Shown here piece after piece: positions 51,701 to 60,670 of a stretch of 64,000 bases of DNA. The stretch spans positions 1,312,001-1,376,000 of the forward strand of contig OY970342.1 of assembly GCA_963717505.1 (NCBI GenBank), read 5' to 3'. The notes beneath the pieces were generated by a model. It saw only the letters and a list, made by a program, of their open reading frames with translations. It searched no databases and was not told the DNA's origin. The stretch is from Candidatus Eiseniibacteriota bacterium. Its GTDB lineage: Bacteria; Eisenbacteria; RBG-16-71-46. Numbering within the stretch: position 1 is the first letter of the stretch; each line of letters begins with the position of its first letter. The position numbers were made by a program, and so were the translations under genes.

Positions 51701-54700
51701 ATCACGCCTTCGTCGGTGAACACCCCGGGGACGACGGTGACCGCGGCGGTCGCAGCGTTCGACGCCACGACCACGCCGTTGCTCTGGTTGAGGCCCGAAA
51801 CCGTCGCGCTTGCCGGCCGCTCGGAGCGCTCGGCGCCGGCGCCGACTTCGGCGCGGAAGGTCAGCGCGACCGTGCGGCCAGGCGCGATGTTGCCCAGGGA
51901 GTAGCGAAGCACGGGTCCCGGGCTGCCGGCAGGGTCGGCCACCGTGGCGCCGTCCATCTGCGAAGTGCCCGGCCGGTACGCCACCCCCGACGGAAGCTCG
52001 ATCACCGCCTCGGTCGAGAGCACGGTCGCGACCCCCGTGCTCGCCACCGAAAGCTGGTAGTTCAGGAGATCGCCGATCTCGACTTCGCTGGGGGAGGCGG
52101 CGAGCGCCACCGCCAGCGTTCCTTCGCCCGCGACGTTCGTGACGCTGACCACGCGGTTGTTGCTCGGATTCGCATCGCCACCTCCGCTCAGCACCGCCGA
52201 GTTCACGACCTGGGGCACCGCAGCAGCACCCACCGCGACCTGGATCTCGAACGTCGTGCTGTCGCCCTGGGCGAACAAATCCGTCGTGGTGGCGGTGACC
52301 ACGTTGCCCGAGGTCGCGAACGACCAACCACTGCCGGTGCCGACGCTGAAGGTGAGTCCCGCGGGCAACGTGTCGCGCACCGTGATCGTGCTTCCAGTCG
52401 TTGCGGTGCCGACGTTGCGCACGGTGAACGCGAAGGTTCCGATTTCGCCGACCCGGAACGCCGGAGTCGGCCGTGCGAACAGGGCCAGGTCCGCGGCGCC
52501 GACCACCACCGTCAAGTCCTCGTCGCCGTTGTTCTCGGGCGTCAGGTCGAAGTCGGTCACCACCACCGCGCGATTGACGATCGAAGGCGGCGTCGTGGGG
52601 GCGATGCCCACGGTCATCGAGAAGAAGGAAGGCGTGCCGGGCGCGATCAGGTTCGAGGTGACCGCGTTGACCACATTGCCCGCCGTCGTGAACGACCAGC
52701 CGGATCCCGACCCTGATATGAACGCCAGCCCCGGGGGCAGCGTGTCGATGACCGTGGACGGGCCGAAGGTCGGAGTCGTTCCCAGATTCTGGACGATGAA
52801 TTCGTAGCGTGCGTTACCGCCGACCAGGAACACGTCGGTATGTCGCTTGTCGAGCGTCAGGTCGGGCGAGCCCGCGACCACGGTGAGGTCGGTCGAGCCG
52901 TTGTTGTCGGTATTGAGATCGCCGTCGACCGCCGCGAACGCCGTGTTCTGGACCGAAGGCAACGCCAGAGGCCCGACTTGAACGGTGATGCTGCAAATCA
53001 CCAGCGCGTTCGGCGCCACCGGCGCGTCGTAGATCGCGATGACGTCGACGTCGTCGATGAACGTCCAGCCGGCGCCGCTGCCGGAAACGAAGTCGAGTCC
53101 CGCCGGCAGCGTGTCGCGGATGGTGATCGGTCCGGTGGTCGGCGAGGCGCCGCGATTCTGGAGCAGGAACTGGTAGACGCCGGTCGAGCCGACCTGGAAG
53201 ACGCCGACGTGCCGCTTGACCATGGACAGATCGGGTGGCCCGATCACCGGCGCCACGTCCACGTCGCGGTCGTTGGTTGGATTCGTGTCCCCCGCCGTGG
53301 TCACGGACGCGCTGTTGGTCACCGAAGGCAACGCGGCGATCGTCGGGCGGACCGTGATCGCGATGCTCGTCCCGTCGCCCTCGCCCAGCGGATTGTCATG
53401 GGTCGCGGTCACCACTTGGCCGTTGGCGACAAGGGTCCAACCCAGGCCCACCCCGCGGACGAACTGAAGGGACGCGGGCAGGGTGTCGGTCACGGTGATC
53501 GTCCCGGTGGTCGACCCCAGGCCTTCGTTGGCGACCACAATCGTGTAGTCGCCTTCGACACCGACGGTGAACGCCCCGTGACGCTTGTCGATCGACAGAT
53601 CGGGGGGGCCGCCGACCGGGGTGACCACCACCGCGCGATTGTTGGCCGGATTCGAATCGCCGGTCATGCTCACCACCGCGGAGTTGATCACCGATGGGTA
53701 GGCGGAGGGCTGAACGTCGACCGTGAAGGCGAAGCCCGAGCTGTCCTGTTGCGCGATCAGCAGGTCGATCGGCAACGTCGCGGTCACCACCTGGCCGCTG
53801 GTGGTCACGGTCCAGTCGCTCACGGGCGCCGAAACGAACGTCAGTCCTACCGGCAGGGTGTCGCGCACCGTGATCGCATTCGCGGTCACGGCGGTGCCGA
53901 CGTTGTGGACCGTCAGCGTGTAGGAGCCCACGCCGCCCATGACGAACGGCGCGTCATGACGCTTGGTGATCGTCAGATCCGGCCGTCCGATGACCACGGT
54001 GTTGTCTGCCGAGAAGTTGTTGTTGGGATTCTGGTCGTTGGCCGCGAGCAGCGTGGCGCTGTTGACCACGAACGGCACGGCGGCGGCGCCGACCCCGACG
54101 GTGAGCGTTGCGAACGACACACCACCCGGCAGCAGCGGCCCCGGATTGGTTGCGGTCACGATGCCGCCGGATTCGCTGAACGACCACCCGGTGCCCGAAC
54201 CCCCCACGAAGCTCAAACCGGCGGGCAGGGTGTCGAGGAGGGTGAGCGTGCCGAACGACTGCGTCGGGCCGTTGTTCTCGATGACGAAGTTGTAAGCGGC
54301 GTTCGAGCCATCGATGAACAGGGCGGTGTGGCTCTTGGTCAGCCGCAGCTCGGGAAGACTCAAGACCCGGGTCGAGTCGCGGTCGCGGTTGTTGGCGGTG
54401 TTGCCGTCGAGGTTGGTGACGACCGTCGCGGCGTTCACCACCAGCGGCACCGCGGCGTCGCCCGAGGGGTTGACGGTGAGCGTGAACTTGGCGCTGTCGC
54501 CGGCCGCGATGGTGTCGGCGTGGATCGCGGTGACGATGCTGCCGACGGCGCTGACCGCCCAACCCGTGCCCGATCCGCTGACGAACGAGATCCCGGGCGG
54601 CAGGGTGTCGCGCACCGTGGTCGCTGCGCGCGTGGAACCCAGACCGACGTTGGTCGCCACCAGGGTGTAGGAGCCGTTGACCCCGGCTCGGAAGTTCAGG

Positions 54701-56715
54701 AGATGGCGCTTGTCGATCGTCAGATCCGGCGGCCGGACGACGTTGGTCGGGTCTGCGTCGTAGTTGTTGGTCGCATTCACGTCGCCCGGAGTCGAGACCG
54801 CGGCGGAGTTGATCACCTGCGGGACGGCGGCGGCGGTGGCCCGTACCGTCACATTGAGCAGCAGGACGCCACCGGTGTTGATCGGTCCCGGGTGCGTCGC
54901 GACCATCGCGCCACTCGCGAAGCTGAAGATCCAGCCGGCGGGACCGCCGGTCACGAATGTGAGCCCGGCGGGCAGCGTGTCGCGCACGGTGATCGGGCCG
55001 GTGGTCGTCGCGGAGCCGACGTTGCGGAGCTCGAATTCGTAGATGTGATTGCCGCCAACCACGAAGTCGCCGGTGTGTCGCTTGTCGAGCGACAGGTCGG
55101 GGACGCCGCCCACCGGGGTGACCACCACGGCGCGATCGTTCGCCGGGTTGGGATCGCCGGTCATGCTTGCGACCGCGGAGTTGGTCACCGACGGCACCGC
55201 TGCCGGCGCGACGTCGACCGTGATGTTGAAGCTCGAGCTGTCGCCCGCGGCGATCGCAACGCTGGTGGTCGCGGTCACGACCGGCCCGCTCGCGCTCACG
55301 AGCCAGTCAGCGCCCGAGGCGGTGGCGAAGCTGAGGCCTGGGGGCAGCGTGTCCACCACCGTGATCGAGTTCGCGGTCACGGCGCTGCCGGCGTTGTGAA
55401 CCGTCAGCGTGTACGCCCCGGTGCTCCCCAGGACGAAAGGTGAATCGTGGCGCTTGGCGAGGGCGAGATCCGGCTGTCCGACGACGACGGCACTGTCCGT
55501 CGCGCGGTTGTCGATTGGGTTGACCTCGTTCGCGACCACGACCGTGGCGGCATTGACCACGAGCGGCACCGCCAGAGGTCCGACCGCAACCGTGAGTGAG
55601 GTGGGCAACGTACCCCCCGGAAGCACGGGCCCGAGATGGGTTCCGGTCACCACACCGCCGGTCTCGCTGTAGGCCCAACCGGCGCCCGAGCCGCCGACGA
55701 ACGTCAGGCCGGCCGGCAACGTGTCGAGGATCGTGATCGCGCCAAACGTCCGGGTGCTGCCGTTGTTCTGAATCAGGAAGTCATAGGTCGCGTTCGTCCC
55801 GTCGATGAAGTTGCCGGTGTGCTGCTTGGTGAGGCTCAGGTCCGGCAAGCTCAGCACGTTCGTCGGATCCACGTCGCGATTGTTGGCGAGGTTGGCCTCG
55901 CCGGGGGTCACCACGGTCGCCGCGTTGACCACCTGGGGCACGGCGGCGTCGCCCGATGGGTTGACGGTGAGCGTGATGCTGGCACTGTCGCCGGGCGCGA
56001 GGGTGGCCGCATACACGGCGGTGACCACGCCGCTGCTCTCGCCCACCGACCAGCCGGCGCCGCCGCCGCTCACGAACACCACGCCGGCCGGCAGCGTGTC
56101 GGTGACCGTGGTGGCCGCCGTGGTCGGACCGCTGCCGATGTTCGAGACGACCAAGGTGTAGGTGCCGTCCTGGCCGGCGAAGAAATCCACCTCGTGACGT
56201 TTGTCGATCGAGAGGTCCGGCGGCTCGATGACCGTGGTCGGGTCCGCGTCGTAGTCGTTGGCCGCGTTCACGTCGCCGGGGGTCGAGACCACGGCCGAGT
56301 TGGTCACGGCCGGCGCGGCCGCGGCGTTGACCCGCACCGTGACGCTCAGCAGCAGGACGCCGCCGGGGTCGATCGGGCCGGCGTGGGTCGCGACCAGCGC
56401 ACCGCCGGAGAAACTGAAGTTCCAGCCCGAGGGTCCGCCGGTGATGAACGTGAGCCCGGTGGGCAGGGTGTCTCGTACGGTGATCGTGCCCGTGGTCGCC
56501 ACGGTCCCCACGTTGCGCAGGACGAACTCGTAGAAGTGGTTGCGGCCGACCACGAAGTCGCCGCTGTGTCGCTTGTCGATCGACAGGTCCTGCGCGAACG
56601 ACACCCCGGTCGCGCCGAGCACGGCGAACACCGCCAGCGCGAGCGCCAGCCGGCGACCCGTCACGAGTCGCGGACGCGGACTTGTCGGTGTCACGAACGT
56701 GCGTTCGTGGACCAT
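48763..56715 (-). CDS. Giant (~2650 aa) DUF11-repeat surface protein with SdrD-B-like domain and C-terminal outer-membrane beta-barrel-like region
   Basis: Signal peptide ending FAQ; 12 DLxxxKxH...V.DTLP.GL.F...V.N.A...NN repeats plus a 13th divergent one; IAGRVFLDRDCNG...GIPGVRLYLEDG...TDVEGKYHF; amphipathic strands ending GFFVDLGFKFD. Start could also be GTG near 56694. Confidence 0.88.
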   Translation of the reverse strand: MVHERTFVTPTSPRPRLVTGRRLALALAVFAVLGATGVSFAQDLSIDKRHSGDFVVGRNHFYEFVLRNVGTVATTGTITVRDTLPTGLTFITGGPSGWNFSFSGGALVATHAGPIDPGGVLLLSVTVRVNAAAAPAVTNSAVVSTPGDVNAANDYDADPTTVIEPPDLSIDKRHEVDFFAGQDGTYTLVVSNIGSGPTTAATTVTDTLPAGVVFVSGGGAGWSVGESSGVVTAVYAATLAPGDSASITLTVNPSGDAAVPQVVNAATVVTPGEANLANNRDVDPTNVLSLPDLSLTKQHTGNFIDGTNATYDFLIQNNGSTRTFGAITILDTLPAGLTFVGGSGAGWAYSETGGVVTGTHLGPVLPGGTLPTSLTVAVGPLAVPLVVNAATVVVANEVNPIDNRATDSAVVVGQPDLALAKRHDSPFVLGSTGAYTLTVHNAGSAVTANSITVVDTLPPGLSFATASGADWLVSASGPVVTATTSVAIAAGDSSSFNITVDVAPAAVPSVTNSAVASMTGDPNPANDRAVVVTPVGGVPDLSLDKRHTGDFVVGGNHIYEFELRNVGSATTTGPITVRDTLPAGLTFVTGGPAGWIFSFASGAMVATHPGPINTGGVLLLNVTVRATAAAVPQVINSAAVSTPGDVNATNNYDADPTNVVRPPDLTIDKRHLLNFRAGVNGSYTLVATNVGLGSTRAATTVRDTLPPGISFVSGSGTGWAVSAVGSIVTAIHADTIAAGDSAKFTLTVNPSGDAAVPLVVNAATVVTNLDGNTANNRDRDSTRVLSLPELRLTKSHTALFIDGSNAAYNFVIENNGPTQSFGTLTLLDTLPAGLSFVGGSGTGWSFSESGGIVTATNPGPLLPGGVSFATLTVGVGAAAVPFVVNSATLLAANDQNPNNNFSADNTVVIGRPDLTITKRHDAPFVMGGVGSYTLTVHNVGTAVTANAITVRDTLPVGLTFVSAPVSDWTVTTSGQVVTATLPIDLLIAQQDSSGFAFTVDVQPSAYPSVINSAVVSMTGDSNPANNRAVVVTPVGGPPDLSIDKRHGAFTVGVEGDYTIVVANEGLGSTTGTITVTDTLPASLQFVRGVGLGWTLVANGQVVTATHDNPLGEGDGTSIAITVRPTIAALPSVTNSASVTTAGDTNPTNDRDVDVAPVIGPPDLSMVKRHVGVFQVGSTGVYQFLLQNRGASPTTGPITIRDTLPAGLDFVSGSGAGWTFIDDVDVIAIYDAPVAPNALVICSITVQVGPLALPSVQNTAFAAVDGDLNTDNNGSTDLTVVAGSPDLTLDKRHTDVFLVGGNARYEFIVQNLGTTPTFGPSTVIDTLPPGLAFISGSGSGWSFTTAGNVVNAVTSNLIAPGTPSFFSMTVGIAPTTPPSIVNRAVVVTDFDLTPENNGDEDLTVVVGAADLALFARPTPAFRVGEIGTFAFTVRNVGTATTGSTITVRDTLPAGLTFSVGTGSGWSFATSGNVVTATTTDLFAQGDSTTFEIQVAVGAAAVPQVVNSAVLSGGGDANPSNNRVVSVTNVAGEGTLAVALAASPSEVEIGDLLNYQLSVASTGVATVLSTEAVIELPSGVAYRPGTSQMDGATVADPAGSPGPVLRYSLGNIAPGRTVALTFRAEVGAGAERSERPASATVSGLNQSNGVVVASNAATAAVTVVPGVFTDEGVIAGRVFLDRDCNGDRAQNGEDLGIPGVRLYLEDGSSAITDVEGKYHFNHVRPQLHVVRVDESTLPAGARMVPAANRHGDDGASRFVDLKRGELHRADFVEGSADTAVANAVRRRHRGGEVAGPLGPGNAPANAEPATAAESAGGSPRADGPRAGEPSLLAMGLVQARLDVHSLTESELNGARHDRFEEELRDLTVESDDGATSAGVRAAVFATGTVADSIRVSLGYDTERKPERRLFRDIRPHENYEILGDASVHGFEAQTASRLYARVERGTAAFLFGDFETPASEARELGSFSRRLTGGVATWHGAPVAGIATQAAGFASEGIQRQVVDEIRAMGTSGPYSLSHPDPTIGGERIEILVRDRNQPARLLRSDLKLRFLDYTIEPFTGRILFRAPIPSVDADLNPVSIRVTYERSDEGERFWVYGAEGRLRPGAFSIGGSASRDEDPLSPRALVSGDVGYTLGERLTVTAEAARSDSGGTFGDGAKFGDSGRIEARYTQKLIQAEAHALYTEPGFDNPSSAVVPGRRELGLTARAGVDTATSAFFQALDTRDVVTGGYRRGYDMGAEYETDFGLGALVGYRSAIETQNPASPATADAAPLKVRTLRGRLSYELPRYWRSSVFAEHEEDIHTGSQHRTSFGGDVHLTEKTRGYVKYEDISSLAGPFALNPDQRQRTTVFGLASQELRDGQVFTEYRLRDAFAGREAQAAMGLRNRWTPSEGFHVDASYERVAVLYGGVGLATAVTGGLEYVRDPRWKGAGRLEYRTQLGTEQWLTTAAATRKLTRDWAALGRVVWLAVPDEVRVDGRANIGLAFRETDRNQWNGLARYETRHQKAGGVDPFRRIAHIVSAHADYKPVPRWTFTGQFAGKWQRDVVEVASSYTVSQLVAGRMLVDLNRRLDAGLTGRGMFSGGGEYGIGGELGWLAARNLRVAAGYNVFGFHADDLDALGSTDHGFFVDLGFKFDQSLFGIGAPSGSGSTP
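51740..56590 (-). repeat. Array of 13 DUF11/Ig-like domains (~124 aa each) containing a duplicated four-domain block (1491 bp period)
   Basis: Domains 1-4 match 5-8 pairwise; CGACAGGTC marks domain 1 at 56581 and domain 5 at 55090. Confidence 0.85.
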
Positions 56716-56878
56716 GGGTGGATCATGAGTTGGGACGGGGAGGGGGTGTCGCGCGGGCGGCGCCGCACGTTGTAGGAGTGGCGAAGGTTTCCGGTGATCC
56801 TCGGCACCGCCCGAAAGGCCGAACGCAGCCGGGACCACGCCGGGCGGACCCGATGAACATGATACATTGCCAGCCCGA

Positions 56879-58543
56879 ATGAAACCCATTGGCGATATCG
56901 CGCAGGGCCTGGGTTTGGGCGCCCACGACTTCGAGCCTTATGGCCGTTACAAGGCCAAGATCGCTCTGCCAGCCCTGGAACGAGCCGGGGCCTTCACCCA
57001 TGGAGCCACGCCCGCCGCCGGCTCCGCCGGCCGGTTGATCCTGGTTTCGGCGATCACCCCGACCCCGGCCGGCGAAGGCAAGACCACCTGCTCGATCGGC
57101 CTGGCTCAGGGCCTCGCTCGCCTCGGCCGGCGGAGTGCGGTCGCTCTGCGCGAGCCCTCGCTCGGGCCCTATCTCGGAATGAAGGGCGGCGGCACCGGCG
57201 GCGGTCGCTCTCAGGTTGTTCCCGCGGACGACATCAACCTGCATTTCACCGGCGACATCCACGCGGTCTCGAGCGCCCACAACCTGCTGGCCGCACTGCT
57301 CGACAACCACCTGCATCACGGCAACGCCCTGGGACTCGACTCCCGTCGCGTGCTGTGGCGTCGGGTCATGGACATGAACGACAGGGCACTGCGCGACATC
57401 GTGATCGGCCTCGGCGGCTTCCGCGAGGGCGTGCCGCGCGAGACCGGGTTCGACATCAGTGCCGCGAGCGAAGTCATGGCGATCCTGTGCCTGGCGCGCA
57501 GCATCGAGGACTTGAAGGAGCGCCTGGCGCGCATCGTGGTCGGTTTCCGCTCCGATGGCTCGCCGGTGTGCGCGCGCGATCTGAATGCGGTCGGCGCCAT
57601 GGCGGCGCTGCTGCACGACGCGATCAAGCCCAACCTGGTCCAGACGATCGAGGGCGTGCCTGCGATGGTTCACGGCGGACCGTTCGCCAACATCGCGCAC
57701 GGCACCAATTCGATCACCGCCACGCGTTTCGCGCTCGCACACGCCGAAGTGGTGGTGACCGAGGCCGGCTTCGCGTTCGAGCTGGGCGCCGAGAAGTTCT
57801 TCGATATCAACTGTAGGTATGGCGGCTTCGCGCCGTCGTGCACCGTATTGGTCGCCACCCTGCGCGCACTCAAGATGCACGGCGGCGTGCCGCTCGCCAA
57901 GATCGGCGAGCCCGACGCCGACGCGGTCGCCCGCGGCATGGCCAACCTCGAGAAGCACGTCGAGAACATCCGAAAGTTCGAGCAGCCGTGCGTCGTGGCG
58001 ATCAATCACTTCCCGCAGGACACGGCGGCCGAGGCGGAAGTGGTCCGTGCCGGGTGCGCGGCACTCGGTCTCGAGGCCGTGGTCGCGAAGCCGTTCACCG
58101 AGGGCGGCGACGGCTGCCGCGACCTGGCCGCGGCGGTGTGGTCGGTGGCGACGCGGTCGGAGCCGCACTTCCGCCCCCTCTACGACTGGTCGGACTCGAT
58201 CGAGAACAAGATCCTCACCGTCGCCCACGAGATGTACGGCGCCGAAGCCGTGGACTACCCGACACGCGCGCAGCGGGACCGGGCCCATCTCGAGAAGCTC
58301 GGGTTCGGGCGGCTGCCGGTGTGCATCGCCAAGACTCAGCAATCCCTTTCCGACAACCCCGCCCTGCTCGGCCGGCCGAAAGACTTCCTGGTCACCGTGC
58401 GCGAGATCCAGCTGGCCGCCGGGGCCGGATTCATCGTTCCGATCACCGGCGAGATCCTGCGCATGCCGGGGTTGCCGAAGGAGCCTCTGGCCTCGCGCTT
58501 CGATCTGAGTGAAGCCGGTGAGGTCGAACTCCAGCAGGCGTGA
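56879..58543 (+). CDS. fhs: Formate--tetrahydrofolate ligase
   Basis: YGRYKAK, AITPTPAGEGKTT, LREPSLGP..GMKGG, INLHFTGDIHA, HGGPFANIAHG, TEAGF..LGAEKF, CIAKTQ.SLSD, MPGLP. Confidence 0.97.
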   Translation: MKPIGDIAQGLGLGAHDFEPYGRYKAKIALPALERAGAFTHGATPAAGSAGRLILVSAITPTPAGEGKTTCSIGLAQGLARLGRRSAVALREPSLGPYLGMKGGGTGGGRSQVVPADDINLHFTGDIHAVSSAHNLLAALLDNHLHHGNALGLDSRRVLWRRVMDMNDRALRDIVIGLGGFREGVPRETGFDISAASEVMAILCLARSIEDLKERLARIVVGFRSDGSPVCARDLNAVGAMAALLHDAIKPNLVQTIEGVPAMVHGGPFANIAHGTNSITATRFALAHAEVVVTEAGFAFELGAEKFFDINCRYGGFAPSCTVLVATLRALKMHGGVPLAKIGEPDADAVARGMANLEKHVENIRKFEQPCVVAINHFPQDTAAEAEVVRAGCAALGLEAVVAKPFTEGGDGCRDLAAAVWSVATRSEPHFRPLYDWSDSIENKILTVAHEMYGAEAVDYPTRAQRDRAHLEKLGFGRLPVCIAKTQQSLSDNPALLGRPKDFLVTVREIQLAAGAGFIVPITGEILRMPGLPKEPLASRFDLSEAGEVELQQA

Positions 58544-58554
58544 ACGGAGGTCCG

Positions 58555-59178
58555 ATGACGACGCCGAACCCCACGCGCAAGAGCCACTCCAACTTCATCT
58601 CCTCCACGATCGTCGGCGGTTTGCTGGTCGTGCTGCCGATCGCGCTTTCCCTGTTCGTCGTGCTCAAGTTGATCGATTTCGTCCGCGAGATCCTGAAGCC
58701 GTTGGCTTCGATGTTGCCGGCGGACGCGAACTTCCAGAGTCTGATCGCCCTGCTATTGGTGATCGTCTTTTGCTTCCTGATTGGGCTGCTGGCGCGCAGC
58801 ACCTGGGGCGCAACCCTGATCGGCTGGGGAGAAAAGATGTTGTCGGTGGTGCCCGGCTACCGCAGCCTGCGAACGATCATTCACAGCGTCTTCGGCTCGC
58901 CGATCGCCGAGGGGTGGGCGCCGGCGTTGATCCTGACCGACGAAACCGAGCAGCCGGGATTCGTGATCGAGCGGCACGATGACGGCAAGTTCACCGTGTT
59001 CGTGCCGGGCGCGCCGACGCCGATGTCGGGCGACGTGCACGTCATCGACGGATGGCGCGTGAAGCTGGTGGAGGCGAGCACGCCCGAGATCCTCCGGGTC
59101 CTGACCCGCTTCGGCGTCGGCGGCGAGCGGGTGAAACAGGCGGCCCGTCCGCCCGAGGGAACTCCGCCCGGCGACTGA
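58555..59178 (+). CDS. DUF502 domain membrane protein
   Basis: GGAGG RBS; GLLVVLPI, two TM helices, VPGYRSL, VFVPGAPTPMSG. Confidence 0.8.
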   Translation: MTTPNPTRKSHSNFISSTIVGGLLVVLPIALSLFVVLKLIDFVREILKPLASMLPADANFQSLIALLLVIVFCFLIGLLARSTWGATLIGWGEKMLSVVPGYRSLRTIIHSVFGSPIAEGWAPALILTDETEQPGFVIERHDDGKFTVFVPGAPTPMSGDVHVIDGWRVKLVEASTPEILRVLTRFGVGGERVKQAARPPEGTPPGD

Positions 59179-59220
59179 AATCGGCGTCTGCCAACGGTCC
59201 GTACGAGGTGGGCGCCGATT
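59179..59220 (+). terminator. Stem-loop directly after the DUF502 stop (terminator or mRNA stabiliser)
   Basis: AATCGGCGTCTGCC pairs with GGTGGGCGCCGATT (14 bp including G-U pairs that work on the + strand); no U-tract. Confidence 0.4.
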
Positions 59221-59273
59221 GCGGTAGTCTCGCGGCACGAAGTCGTCCCCACCTCTCACCCAGGAGATCCACC

Positions 59274-59765
59274 ATGACTCGCACGTCACCCGTCTCGGCC
59301 ATTCGCCTTTCGGTGGCGACCGCGTTCGCCACCGCCCTGGTCATGTTCCTTGGGTTCACGGCGCAGCCCGCATCCGCAGGGCCGGTTGGCTTTCAGGCTT
59401 CGGGCGGTTGGTTCACGGAGACCGAAGAGGCCTTCCTCGGGGCCGGCCTGCGCTTCGGTCTCGGCACCATCACCGTGATCCCCAACGCCGAATGGTTGTT
59501 CGTCGACAGCGGGTCGGCGTACACGATCAACCTCGATGCCACTCTGAGCGTTCTGCCCCTGGGGGTGGCCAACGGCTACCTCGGTGCCGGCGTGGGCTGG
59601 TTTACCCTCGATCCCGATCGGGGCGACAGCAACACCGAAACCGCGGCCAACCTGATTGCCGGGGCGGGATTCAATGCGATCCCACTCAAGCCCTTCGGTC
59701 AGTTCAAGTGGATCGTGGTGGACGGTGACGATCCGATGGTGTTTTCGGCAGGGGTGCGCTTCTAG
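59274..59765 (+). CDS. Small outer-membrane beta-barrel protein
   Basis: AGGAG RBS; signal peptide; alternating beta strands, YLGAGVG, C-terminal FSAGVRF. Confidence 0.75.
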   Translation: MTRTSPVSAIRLSVATAFATALVMFLGFTAQPASAGPVGFQASGGWFTETEEAFLGAGLRFGLGTITVIPNAEWLFVDSGSAYTINLDATLSVLPLGVANGYLGAGVGWFTLDPDRGDSNTETAANLIAGAGFNAIPLKPFGQFKWIVVDGDDPMVFSAGVRF

Positions 59766-60670
59766 ACGCGATCGCGAACACGGGCCTCGGCCGGCACCAG
59801 GATCTCGCGCACGCAGTCGGCCAGCGCGGCGTTGGTCGCGATCGCGTCCCCGCCGAACGGCGTGCGCTCACCGCGCCAGTCGGTGAGCACGCCGCCGGCT
59901 TCCTCGAGGATTGGAACGAAGGGAGCAGCGTCCCAAGCCGAGAGCACATCGTCGACCATGACTTCGGCGCGGCCGGTCGCCACCAGCAAGTAGCCGTAGG
60001 CGTCGCCCCAGGTGCGCACCACCCCGGCGAAACGGGCCAGTTCGCCCCAGGCGTCGCGCCGTTCGTGGCGTTCGGGGAAGCGGCAGTCGGTCGCCAGCAC
60101 CGTGGCCCGCGCCAGTTCGACGACCTCGGAAACGCGGCACGCGCGGTCGTTCCACCAGCAACCCTGCCCGGTCTCGGCGACGACGATCTCGTCGAGCACG
60201 GGGAAGTAGGCGGCGCCGGCAAGGACCCGCTCGCCGGCATGGAGCGGTTGGAGCGGCGCGCGTGGTGCTAGGCGCCCGTTCCTGACGGCGGACGCGACGT
60301 CACCTGAAGACGGTCCGCCCGCTCGCGAGTCGAACGAGGCCGGATCGAGCGACCGTTCGGTGACCGCGACCAGGGTGCCCCACAAGGGAACGCCGCGAAC
60401 GAACGACTTGGTGCCGTCGATCGGATCCACGATCCAGCGGCGTGGGGCATCGGGGCGTGTCAGTCCCAGCTCCTCGCCTAGGATGCCGTCGTGGGGGAAG
60501 CGCTGCTCGATCCACTCGCGGGCCGCGACCTCCGCGGTTCGATCCGCAACCGTCACCGGACTGCCGTCGCGTTTTTCCTCGACCGCAATCTCGCGACCAA
60601 ACCAATCGAGTGCCGTTCGACCGGCGACTCTCGCGACTGTCGCGACCGCTTCCAGAACCGGGGAACGCAC
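59762..60670 (-). CDS. hisN: Histidinol-phosphatase, inositol monophosphatase family
   Basis: KRDGSPVTVAD, GILGEE, WIVDPIDGTKSFVRGVPLWGTL, WGDAYGY, WDAAP..EEAGG; adjacent to hisA. Confidence 0.8.
   Translation of the reverse strand: MRSPVLEAVATVARVAGRTALDWFGREIAVEEKRDGSPVTVADRTAEVAAREWIEQRFPHDGILGEELGLTRPDAPRRWIVDPIDGTKSFVRGVPLWGTLVAVTERSLDPASFDSRAGGPSSGDVASAVRNGRLAPRAPLQPLHAGERVLAGAAYFPVLDEIVVAETGQGCWWNDRACRVSEVVELARATVLATDCRFPERHERRDAWGELARFAGVVRTWGDAYGYLLVATGRAEVMVDDVLSAWDAAPFVPILEEAGGVLTDWRGERTPFGGDAIATNAALADCVREILVPAEARVRDRV

Noticed and set aside
56720-56878. Possible riboswitch (THF, ZTP or c-di-GMP) between fhs and the DUF11 gene; GGCA...GAAA...ACGCA resemblance
   Set aside because: Stems pair poorly and conserved cores are missing; an Infernal/Rfam scan would settle it
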